Shown: positions 12,190-22,751 of the stretch, piece by piece
Layout: each line of letters opens with the position of its first letter
Position numbering within the stretch: position 1 is the stretch's first letter
Assembly (NCBI GenBank): GCA_964016885.1
Contig: OZ024743.1
Coordinates: 114,080,001-114,144,000 of the forward strand
Length of the DNA stretch: 64,000 nucleotides
Origin: Eledone cirrhosa
Lineage: Eukaryota
Reading direction: 5' to 3'
Program-made: the position numbers and the translations under genes
Notes under the pieces: generated by a model
What the model was told of the DNA's origin: nothing
Database searches by the model: none
Seen by the model: only the letters and a program-made list of their open reading frames with translations

Positions 12190-12640
12190 CAGGGGCCAAC
12201 TTATATTGCAAGTTCAAGTATTCCCGGGCTGTTTTTATGAGTAATGGAAAGCAAGAATTGCAGGAGCTGGTGCAGTAATGTCAAGCTTCCGCATTATGTC
12301 ATCAGACGATGGGAGAGAGGTGTAGAAGACAAAATTGCTATCTTCAATTCGGTATTCGTGCCAAACCTTACCTTTGGTTATGAATATTGGGTAATGACCA
12401 AAAGAATACGATAGTGAATACAAGCAACCAAAATGAGGTTCCTCCAATGGGTCTTTGGAGTAACATTACTCATATCAGGGAATTGCTCCAGGTAGAACTG
12501 CTACTTCTCCAAACTGATAGATCACAGCTCCATTAAATATGTTTAGAATGTCTAAAGAAAGAAGCACTGGACAATATCTTTGAGCTTGGTTGGTCCCAAA
12601 GGGGCACCATCCAGATCAATTGAAGATAGCTGCTTTTGAT
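12190..12640 (+). mobile_element. RTE-clade (Expander/Rex3-like) LINE remnant
   Basis: KFKYSRAVFMSNGKQE ... IFNSVFVPNLTFGYEYWVMTKRIR**IQATKMRFLQWVFGVTL resembles the xSxxVPxLTYGxExWVMTxRxRxxIQAxEMxFL motif; stops and frameshifts present. Confidence 0.75.
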
Positions 12641-13077
12641 GGGGGCCCTCTGGAAGGCAATTCTGTGGACTCCACCACCACTACCCTCCAAAGAAAGACA
12701 GAAAAAGATAAAGGGAGGAGGAGGAGGTTTGATCCAAAAACCTTTGTGCAGACACAATGAGCTCATTCTAGAGGAGCAGACTTACAGAAAGCACCCCACC
12801 CCACTAAACCCCACAGTTCTTCATTCTTGTACTTGATACCATGAGGAGTTCATTACTACTTGATCTCAAATACATTGGTGACTCTTTCTCGCAAAGCTGT
12901 TCACCAATGTATTGAGGAGAAGCAAGCCCAAGTACAGCTTTGACTGTAGGCCGTAGGATTTTAAACATTATTCAGGTTTTTATAGGAAACCAGAGTAGAG
13001 CCCTAATATATTCTGAGATGTGATCATATTTACTCTTCCTTTCAACAATTGGTCTTGTGCCAAAGTGAGAAATCATT

Positions 13078-13420
13078 TAGTGCAGTAGACTGACAGAATA
13101 TGCAAAAGCATTGGACAAAATACCTTGTGATATTTAGTTTATTGTATTCTATATTCTGAGTTTAACCCTTTAGCATTTAAACCGGCTGTATCCGGACAGA
13201 ATTCTCTCACCTCTTTCTGTTCAAACTGGCTGTAACCAGCCATTCATACTTATGTTAAGGTATTGTTCCCAAAATAAATATCAAAATCTCATAAATTCTA
13301 TATGATGTGAGAGAATTATGTGATGTAAAATCTTTACCATGAAAATATATTAAATATAAAGTAATGTAAATGCTAAAGGGTTAAATCCCATCATGGTCAA
13401 CTGTTTTTCATCCCTCTTGC
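13078..13420 (+). mobile_element. Old family-1 SINE split in its B-box by MITE D
   Basis: TTCTGAGTTTAA | MITE | TTAAATCCCATCATGGTCAACTGTTTTTCATCC rejoins to the SINE pattern. Confidence 0.7.
13166..13380 (+). mobile_element. piggyBac-type MITE copy D
   Basis: Perfect TIR; TTAA at 13162-13165 and 13381-13384. Confidence 0.92.
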
Positions 13421-14024
13421 AGCTAATTAACAATTATTTCGTTTGGCAGGCGTCAACTCAGGACTAAATGGCAATTAGTATTGATTTTTTTTTTTTATTT
13501 AGATTTGAAGAGTAACAAAAACAAAATCTATGCAAATGGAAAAACAACAACAAAAATTAACTATGATACTTTTGCATTCTTTAGTTGAAATGTTGCTGTT
13601 TATTTTTATGTTTCTTTTCAATAGATTTTTACTTTTATCTCCCTTTGAATTAAATGACAAAAAAATAAATACCAGTTATATATTGTTTATATAAGGGTAT
13701 GTGTGTTTGGTGTTTAACACCTAGTCATCGACAGCAAACAAAATAATACCAGCTCTAGTTTGAAAAAATAAAACTAGTTCCTATGATGTCAGCTCAGATT
13801 AAATCTTCCCATTCGTAGTTGTGGTTTATTTCTTCCCATGACAGTCATGAACTTTCTTCAGGCAGATAAATAGGAAAATAAATATATACATAGAAGACAT
13901 TACATGATTACATAGAGAAAAACTAAGCCAAGTTAACTCATTGAATTCACTGAAATAAGTATCAGTTTATCTACTGGTGATTACTATCTTGTAGGGGAGG
14001 GAATGAGTTTGTGTATATTTTAAG

Positions 14025-14195
14025 AGAAACCTTAGCATGTATAGGGTTGAGACTGTATCCCTGCGTGTCATAGAAAGTGACTAAAAGAGTTGGTGTCAGG
14101 AAGGGAATCTGGCTGTAAGACATTGCCTTAAAAAAAATCATGTCCAACCCATGCCAGCATAGATAAGTTGTCACAAAAAACAATGTTGATGAATC
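14025..14195 (+). mobile_element. SINE 3' portion with TTGGTGTxAGGAAGGG..ATC..GCTGTA tail
   Basis: Similar to 23820-23930; opposite-strand pieces at about 16478-16503 and 22625-22665. Confidence 0.6.
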
Positions 14196-14422
14196 CATAA
14201 TCATAAACAGGGGCATGTATGCTTGTGTGGTGAAGAAGTATCCTTTGCAACAAAAGCAATTGATCCCACAAAGTGGCTAGATTAAATCTTATTGAACCCC
14301 TAAGCACTTCAAAGATTATGCTGCCCATAATATAAATCTAGGGATGAGGAATGACAGATTTAATTTGTATAAAATGGTGTCCTCCTCTATTGATACATAC
14401 AGCATGTACTTATTTTGCTTAA

Positions 14423-14845
14423 TCCTTTGACATTTAAACCAGCCATATTCGGCCAGAATTCTCTCACCTTTTTCTGTTCAAAATGGCTGTAACCAGCCAC
14501 TCTTACTGATGTTAACCCTTTAGCATTTACATTACTCTATTATATTTTCACAGTAAAGCCTTTACCTCACATAATATCGAATTTATGAGACCCTGATACA
14601 ATTTATTTTGAGAACAATACCGTAACATCAGCGTGAGTGGCCAATTACCACTGGTTTTAACAGAGAGAGGTGAGAGAATTCTGGCCGGATATGGCTGGTT
14701 TAAATGCTAAAGGCTTAAGGTATTGTTCTCAAAATAAACAACATCAAAATCTCAGATTCAATATTATGTGAGATAATTATGTGAGGTTAAAGCCTTTACC
14801 ATGAAAGTATAATAGCAAATACAGAGCAATGCAAATGCTAAAGGG
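14423..14845 (+). mobile_element. piggyBac-type MITE copy E (outer), interrupted by copy F
   Basis: TTAA 14419-14422 and 14846-14849; body resumes at 14719 exactly as in copies A and D (TTAAGGTATTGTTC). Confidence 0.88.
14516..14714 (-). mobile_element. piggyBac-type MITE copy F nested in copy E in opposite orientation
   Basis: TTAA 14512-14515 and 14715-14718; TIRs CCCTTTAGCATTTA / TAAATGCTAAAGGC. Confidence 0.9.
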
Positions 14846-15043
14846 TTAATGGTTAACCTAGCCCTGTTTCTATCCACCAGACTCTTAAGAAGGGACATCA
14901 CCACTACATTTTCTTCTCTATATCATTAACAACAACAAAAGATAACCAGGAGCCTCAAATGGTAATACTCAAGGAATTTTACCCTTAACAGCTGCAATAC
15001 TACAATAAAGTGTTTATATACTCTAGCTATGGATTTCTTTAGA

Positions 15044-15505
15044 TGTGTGTGTGTGTGTGTGTGTGTGATGTCTGTCTGGGGGGACAGGATATCTGTGTGA
15101 GTGGGGAGGGCCGTCTGTGTGAATGTCTGTGAATGTGTGTGTTTGTGATGTGTCTGAGTGGGGGGGGGGTCTGAGTGGGGGGGTCTGAGTGGAGAGAGAC
15201 GTCTGTGTGAATGTGTGTGTAATGTGTGTGTGTGTGTGTGCGTGATGATATCATTTTGTGTATGATGCCTGTGTGTGTGTGTGATGTCTGTGATTTTGTG
15301 TTATGTCTGTATGTATGCGTGATGTCTGTATGTAAGCGTGATGTCTGTATGTAAGCGTGATGTCTGTATGGGTGGACTGTGTTAGTATGTACTGTCTGTA
15401 TATGTAATGTCTGTCTGTATGTATGTATGTACGTACGTACGTATGTGTGTGCGTCTGTGTATGTTATGATTCCCAGCATGTGCATGCGGGTGCATGTGAT
15501 GTCAT
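15044..15505. repeat. Degenerate GT-rich tract with a 19-bp GTGATGTCTGTATGTAAGC unit
   Basis: Direct inspection. Confidence 0.8.
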
Positions 15506-15570
15506 GCATCTTAAACAGGGGTATGGGGAAAGGTTTCAATCTAAAGAATCAATCTAAGCTAAAATAACAA

Positions 15571-15661
15571 TAATTGTTTCTACTTTTTGGCACAAGGCCA
15601 GCAATTAACCAGTACATTACTGGTACTTTATTTTATCGACCCCGTAAGGATGAAAGGCAAA
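15571..15661 (-). mobile_element. Family-1 SINE, 5'-truncated, with flanking ATAAYAATAATT repeat
   Basis: Tail and central block; direct repeats at 15564-15575 and 15665-15676. Confidence 0.88.
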
Positions 15662-15929
15662 AACATAATAATAATTTGAAACAATCTGGAGTCTGGTAAT
15701 TTATTATAAACAGAACTACATAGGAGAACATGAACTTAGCTCTGTTTCTTTCTCAATGTGAATTTTTGGGCTTTGAATCGTATCTGAAATTGTTTCAATA
15801 TCTGGGTCATAAGGTAGTGGGTTATATTTTAAAACAACTTTAAAGATTTAATATATTATATAATAATTAAAAAATACATTCAATGCACCTAAGATTTACT
15901 CAAGATAAAAAGCTGCTAGTTTCCGATAC

Positions 15930-16252
15930 CTGTATGTACCCATAACTCCTGATGGAGTCATAAAGGGCACCGTCATGACATACGAGGCATGTCTTGGGCA
16001 CTTTAAAACTGCCATAGCTCGTCCCCACTCCAGGTCTGAACACAACAGATTTCGTCAAGAGAATGAGAGAGGAAGAGAGAAATAATCAACTTCAGTACTG
16101 AACTGATACTTTTTTTTTTTTACCAACCTCCAAAGAATGAAAGGCAAAGTTGACCGACACAGGATTTGAACTCAGAAAAGGCAGAGAGCCAAAATGAATA
16201 CAGCAAAGCATTCCATCAGATATTCTAATAGGCCCTGTCAATTCACCAACAC
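15930..16252 (-). mobile_element. Family-1-related SINE with the alternative tail (as at 6665-6945)
   Basis: GAATGAAAGGCAAAGTTGACC..CAGGATTTGAACTCAGAA plus shared tail blocks. Confidence 0.7.
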
Positions 16253-16635
16253 CTCATCTAAAGAAATGATGTCATAAGAGAGACCCAGTTACAGGTATAT
16301 ATTTAGACAATGACAATGCCACAATTCTGTCATCTGCCCACAATAAGGAATCTGAAACCCCAAAACAACCATTCTGTCCACTTTTTTCCGTCTCCAAGGA
16401 TACTTCTTTACTCAATTTTTTTCAACTATAATTATAGTCATTTAAATAGGGACGTTTACATTTCAAATATATCATATAACCTCCATTTTCCATGCTAGCA
16501 AAGGTTTTATGTATGTAATATGTATGTGTGTGCGTGCATGTGTTTAGTCTTATATTTTTTTTAAGAATTTTCATATTTCCTTATTTCTTTAAGTTTGGTT
16601 TAAAACAATAACATTACTAAACCAATGTGTGTCTC

Positions 16636-16698
16636 AACGTTTCGAGGATTTCGCAGCCCCATCGTCAGACTATGATGAGAATATGTTCTCGAAACGTC
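16636..16698. other. Inverted pair of Penelope-type hammerhead-like motifs, degenerate
   Basis: Minus: CTGACGA-TGGGGCTGCGAAATCCTC-GAAACGTT; plus: TGAT-GAGAA TATG TTCTC-GAAACGTC; 10-bp inverted repeat ACGTTTCGAG/CTCGAAACGT. Confidence 0.4.
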
Positions 16699-16869
16699 AA
16701 AACAGCGATTTCGCACAAGAGCTAGTAAGAAAACATAAGAAAATTCCTAATAGAAAAAGATCAAACGCGAAGCACACATATATCATTGATTTGAAATAAA
16801 GAACTGAAACACGAAACTGAGTAATAACAGCGCCTGGTACCTGAAATTTTCGAAGCCGTTCCCTTTTTT

Positions 16870-16872
<3 letters not shown>

Positions 16873-16923
<51 letters not shown>

Positions 16924-16969
16924 TATGTGTGTGTGAGTATGTGAGGCTGAGTGTGTGTGTGTGTGTGTG
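16873..16969. repeat. (AT)n followed by (GT)n microsatellite
   Basis: Direct inspection. Confidence 0.95.
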
Positions 16970-18099
16970 CATATAACGTGCATTTAATTATTTTGCTTCA
17001 CAGCAGTTTTATCACCTCAAACTGTGTATGCACCCTAAATGCACCCTGGTTACTCATACATAAACATTCAATTCAACATTTCATACTTAAGCGAGCTATT
17101 GGATTGCGTATTTTTCTGTTAGACAAAAGACCACATATTCTAAGAGAGGCTTGTATAACTGATCATTTCTACACTTACTTAATGTTGCTATTTTATTTCA
17201 TAGGATAAAAAAAAAATGTAAAAATAAAAATAACATTATCGCATGATTTGAACGTAAAACGTCGACAAAGCAAAATGCGTACATACATAAACACACAATT
17301 CACATACTGTACATATCAGAAGCACAAAAAGAACGTGCTTTTATTAATTATGAATTAGGAATTACTCACGATAAGCTCAGGATTTCTGGTTTTATATTAT
17401 GTGATAATGATGATTTTTCCAGAGACATTAGTGATGTAAAAGTTAGTTAAAGAAAGGAGATAAAAAAAAAACTAGCAGAAAAAAGGGAACCCGAAGAATC
17501 AGAGTTAGTATTTGCCTGAAGCTTAGCTCTCTTCCACTTGATAGTGTCCTCGAAAATCTAGTAAATGTTGTCACATAATTAGTGACAGACACAAAAATGT
17601 TAACTTGGGAAAAATAAAGAAAGAAGCGTAGCTAGATAGCTAGACACACACACACGGTCCGATAGCACTTCCATTGTTAAGATAGCTTAAATATCAATAA
17701 TCGCTAAGAAAATGCAAATTAATGCATACACAGCAAAATGACTGTCACACAGGATAGTCGCTATACACCTTGTTGAGGAAGGGTTAATACACATACATCA
17801 TCAAACACTATGTCGAAGGAGTATATACATATATGAATGTGTGTGTGTGTATGTGATATTTATATGATATGAGTTTGTATATGTATGTGTGATATACGAT
17901 ATTTATTTATGTGTGTGTGGGTCTCGCACAGACCTGAAAAGTTAATTTATACATACACAAAGAGACAAACTAAAACACTCACGAAAAACAAGGCCATACA
18001 GAATACACATACATATCACAACTTACACACTACATGAAACATTCAGAGTCTTCGCCTAACACCTTGTCAAGTGAATACGGACAACCATACAACGATGTC

Positions 18100-18710
18100 T
18101 AAACACAGACCTGTTAAAATAAGTACACCTTACTGTAAAAAACCAATAAAGGAGTCTCTACCTGATCACCCGATCTACTAGAAATAATTACCAAATTCCC
18201 TCAAATCACACCCTTCTCTCTTATAGAAAAGAGGGAATGATATATTAGATAAGGTATATGTACATCTAAAAAAAAAAAACTGGATGGTAACGGCTTGAAA
18301 TGCCTTTTATCATAACAGCTCAATAAAGGGCTGAACAACAGCAACAGTAGCTACTGGAAAAGCCAACGAACGAGGGAGTGCCCTCCTCCGTGGTATATTG
18401 ATATGGTAGAAATAACAGTAAAATCTCCCTCAAAACACATCCTCCTATATAGAAAAAAAAGATACAGATAATCTAACTCAAGAACCCCTATCATAAAGAG
18501 ACGGGATGGTCATTGCAGGTTTGACATGGAACTAGACGATATATATTGAGAGAGAGATATATATAGATTAATTCGAACGGCGTGCCGCCTGTAACTGTAG
18601 TTACACACCTAACATATGTGTACGTGTGTGTGTGTAGCAACAAAGGCGGTGCCCCAGCATGGGCTTAACCCGTCGGCTGGAACAGGTAAATTACATACAA
18701 GTCACTTCTA

Positions 18711-18777
<67 letters not shown>

Positions 18778-19510
18778 TGTGTGTGTGTGTGTGTGTTATA
18801 TTACTGAGATTACTCGTGTTTGTAAACTCAAACGGACAAGCTTTGTATGAGTGTTTATGTGTGTGTATATATGTGTGCGTACACAGATAAACACCAGGAA
18901 TACTTTCGCGCATATATAAGTAGTCAGTGAGTGCATCTGTATATCTACATACATACAACTCACAGACGTGCACATATATGCAGTGAGTATTGCGTTTAGA
19001 TGCATTTTCAATATATACATTTAAACTTACATTTACACGCACACTAATACATCACAAATGTACGTTTATAATACACATTGTAACAAGAGGAACCTCCTAC
19101 GTGGTCGCTTGCCCTGCTAGAAATAGCAATCGAAACTTTTCTCAAATCACACCATAGCCTCTAAAAGAGAGGACACAATAGGTAATAGGGTCTGAATGTA
19201 CTGCACCTAGTAAAAGACGGGATAGTTACTGCTGAAATATGCCATTAAACATTATTCTGTTAAGTGTTGACCAGGGGTTAAAAAACATACACGCATACAT
19301 TACACACTCACACGGTCATACCAGAGGAGGTATATATGATTATTCTATACTAGAAATAACAGCCAAATTTCCTCCAACACGCACAATCATAAGTAAGAGA
19401 AATGTTGGATAATGCAGTTCTTGATACACAAACAAGAAAGGATGGTCACAGCTGGAACCTAATAATTAGGTCTGTTCGAGCATGGCTGGCCTGGGGCTAA
19501 ACAGCAACAA
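18100..19510 (+). repeat. Four co-oriented copies of an unclassified ~200-bp dispersed repeat (TAGAAATAxCAGxCAAAT.TCCCTCAAAxCAC...GGATGGTxAxxGC...GGGGCTAAACAxCAACAA)
   Basis: Core motif at about 18178, 18407, 19117, 19350; opposite-strand copies at about 10975-11000, 24218 and 24385. Confidence 0.75.
18709..18796. repeat. (TA)n/(GT)n microsatellite
   Basis: Direct inspection. Confidence 0.95.
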
Positions 19511-19949
19511 ATGCGCTCATGTACAAACCCAATATCCTGCATACATAGATATTAACCATATATACCTATATAAGTGTATTGTATGTTCTTTTGTGTGCAC
19601 GTACATATATCTGTGTAGATATTTATTCTTTTATTGTTTAACTAGTTTCAGTCATTAGAACAGGGCCATGTTGCAGCACCGCCTTGTGTGTGTGTGTATC
19701 GGTAGCCGGACCCAAATATTAGCATTGGGTGCTCAAACTGGTGAGCCATCAGAAATTAAACATTGCACACACACACGTGTGTGTGTGTGTACATAGAGAG
19801 GGGGGTGACATTAGAGATACGGTAAGGCTAAACACACGGGTATATATGCTTGTGTATCTCCATGTACATTTACGATATATAAAAAAAAAACTACAAACAT
19901 AACAATAATAATGATAACAACAAGAATAATACATTGCATAATAAAATAC

Positions 19950-20260
19950 CTCAGGTTGTTGTGAGTGAAGTCGCCGCGAATTGCCATCTATAGTCGAGTT
20001 GCTGACACCGATCTTTAATCAAAGGAATCATTTTCTTTTATCTCTCACTCAGTCTCTCTCTCTTTCTTTCACAAACACACACACACAGACAGACTATAAC
20101 TGATCTGTCCGAGAGAGGGAGAGAAAGAGTGTAGAGTAAATGTATAGTAGTAGAGTGGTGTTTGGTAAAGGAGGCGATGGTAGACAGGTTCGAGCTATGC
20201 ACACGGCCGCTTGCGGCCAGGCAGCATGAGCGCAAAAAGAAAACACACAAAAAAAAAGAA
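19950..20260 (-). promoter_or_regulatory. Candidate CpG-richer 5' exon/promoter region with possible short coding start
   Basis: Minus strand ATGGCAATTCGCGGCGACTTCACTCACAACAACCTGAG|GTATTT (MAIRGDFTHNNL+2 nt) in non-repetitive, CpG-retaining DNA; no downstream exon or homology established. Confidence 0.2.
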
Positions 20261-21288
20261 AAATTTCGTAGTGGCTGTATGTGTGTGTAACTGTGTGTTT
20301 GTGTGTAATAAATGTATGCAAGTTTCAAAACTCAGTTATATAGAATTAAATAAATCCAGTAAATAGTCATATGTAAGGGTCCGAGCACCGGCTTGACATT
20401 CTCCCTTGTAATTTATTATGACAATGAGATAGGTAGAAATAGTGAGTGAGAAAGGGTAGCAATGAGAGAGAGTAACGGATGGAGAGTGGGAGGGTGAAAT
20501 AGAGGTCAGTAAATAGCGAGAGAGAGAGAGAGAGAAAGAGGGATGAACATTTAAGAGGAAAAAAATACAGATAGTGAGAAAGAGAGAGGAGTGAATAAAT
20601 GGAAAGAAATGAACGAGAGTTAATGTAGAGACAATAGATTCAGTGTAAAAAGAGAGCTAATGAGAGTTATAGAGAGAGGAATATACAAGAGAAAGGTAAG
20701 AGGAAATATAAATAGCGAGAAGGGGAAAAGAAAAGAACAGCAGAAAAGAAAGAGAGTGAGTGTGAGTGAATGAGATGGGTGCCGATGATTGGTTAAACCA
20801 TGGCATTCCTCCAGCAAATTTCATGAATGGATTTAAAGACAGCAATTGTAGTAAAAACCAACAACTTTACACACATCTTTTAATCATTCATACTTTTCCT
20901 CTCTTCGTGATTGTGTTTACGTGACGACACGTAAGCTCGTATAATGCAGATTTTATAAGCATATATAATGCATGTGTGTTGCATATTAACCATGTGAAGA
21001 ATATCGCCGTGAACGCATAGTGTGTGTCTGTCAGCATGTCTGTTTATGCATCGTAGATATTGTGTGTGCATAAAGAATATATTTGAGCGTATCTTTAACA
21101 TAACTGTTGACATATTTCCAATACCATTCTCGTATGCATATATCGGCATTAATCGAAATGGAAATACCAGCAATATACTGAGGAAATGGAACGAGGTTCT
21201 AACGATTATGCCACACTAATGGCATTAGTCTGACTGATCCCTCCCCACCCATATACACATAAAATTTAGAACGTATATGATGTATACG

Positions 21289-21300
21289 CATGTGTGTGTG

Positions 21301-21350
<50 letters not shown>
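21289..21350. repeat. Compound (TG)n(TA)n(GA)n microsatellite
   Basis: Direct inspection. Confidence 0.95.
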
Positions 21351-21352
<2 letters not shown>

Positions 21353-21886
21353 AGGATGAATTCAGTTTGAAACATTGTTTTTATACTACTGTAAATAAAT
21401 TTTAATATACTTCTTATATTAAAAAAAGATAATTGTTTAAACTATAAAAAAAGTTAGACCATTACTAAACAGAGTACTCGATACTTTGGGTAGGTAATAT
21501 TATGGTAAGAGTATGGTAATATAAAGAGTCGGACCCCAACGACTGAGCTCTTACCGTTTCAATAGTGTGTGTGTGTGTGTGCGCGCGCACACACACACAC
21601 ACTACATTTTTATATTTGTTTTGCAAGATTCTTGATGTAATAATATCCTCTGTTGAAACAGGTCCTTGATATACTTTGGGATTGTCATACTGTCAATGAA
21701 AAAACACAAGTTGACTTCCACTTTAGTTTATTATTAGTTGAGTAATTAATCCATTCATCAGTTAGTCGAATGACCGGCTGGTTATTTAATTGTCAATTAC
21801 ATACCTACCAACCTCTAAAAACCCAAACTACCATAAGAAAAGTGCCCTAAAACGGGGAGAAATCATGGAAAATGGGGAGATTTTAG

Positions 21887-22102
21887 ATAATGGTTTCTAC
21901 TATAAGCGCAAGGCCAGCAATTTGAAGGAGGGGAAGTCGATTAAATCGAACCAGTACATTACTGGTGCTTTATTTTATCGACCTCTTAAGGGTGAAAGAC
22001 AAAGCTAACTTCGGCAGGATTTGAACTCAGAACATAATGGGCCATAACTCTATGCCGCAAAGCATAGTATCCGACGCTCTACCGATTCTGCCAATCCGCC
22101 GC
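21887..22102 (-). mobile_element. Family-1 SINE, full length (long subtype)
   Basis: Head GCGGCGGATTGGCAGAATCGG, B-box, central block, tail GGCCTTGCGC..AGTAGAAACCATTAT; ATAATG at 21887-21892 and 22103-22108. Confidence 0.92.
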
Positions 22103-22135
22103 ATAATGAAAGCTATACCCATTTTCAGAAGAGAA

Positions 22136-22361
22136 AACATCTGTCACCCACCCCAAGTGGGTGGGACACTCCCCGTCGGACGGGGAGGGTTGACAGGTCT
22201 GTAATTGTCACAACCTGTGACCTTCTCTGCTTATTTTCACTCCCTTGTGTCTCTCCTGTGTTCTGATATTATTCTGTTTACTCGAGACGAAAGAGATCGT
22301 TTATATTTTTGATACCCCATCTCTGTTCATATTGCTATTGATCCAATACACATACTCAGAT
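22136..22361. other. Structured segment (three hairpins) followed by a 70-bp block repeated inverted at 23937-24003; possibly a Penelope-like terminal repeat remnant
   Basis: Hairpins at 22145-22163, 22169-22187, 22207-22221; family assignment is inference only. Confidence 0.4.
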
Positions 22362-22751
22362 ACAAACATACCTTGCCTTACACATACATCAAATAGCTAC
22401 TGGTAATATGTGTGTGTGTAAGAGAGAGAGAGAGGAGGGGAGAACTAAAGAGAGAGATGGTGTATGTGTGCGCGCGTATGTATGTGTGTGTGTCTTTGTG
22501 TGTGAATAAAACGTTCTCAGCCTTCAGTTTTGTGTCTATTTTCCATGTTTGCATGAAATAAACAGGTTGTCGTCTTATGAGGCGAGATGGGTGGTGACTG
22601 TCTTGTTAATATGTTCCATCCTGGCATGGTTTTAATGACTGGATGCCCTTCTTAACCCCAAACACTCCATGGTGCGTATTGAGTTCGTTTTCTTATATGT
22701 CCACCTGACAGAAAGGGCTGCGTGCATTTTATTGACCACACACACACACAT

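Noticed and set aside
21485-21812. Short inverted repeat GGTAGGTA / TACCTACC around a possible repeat element
   Set aside because: Only 8-10 bp, no TSD and no second copy in the window
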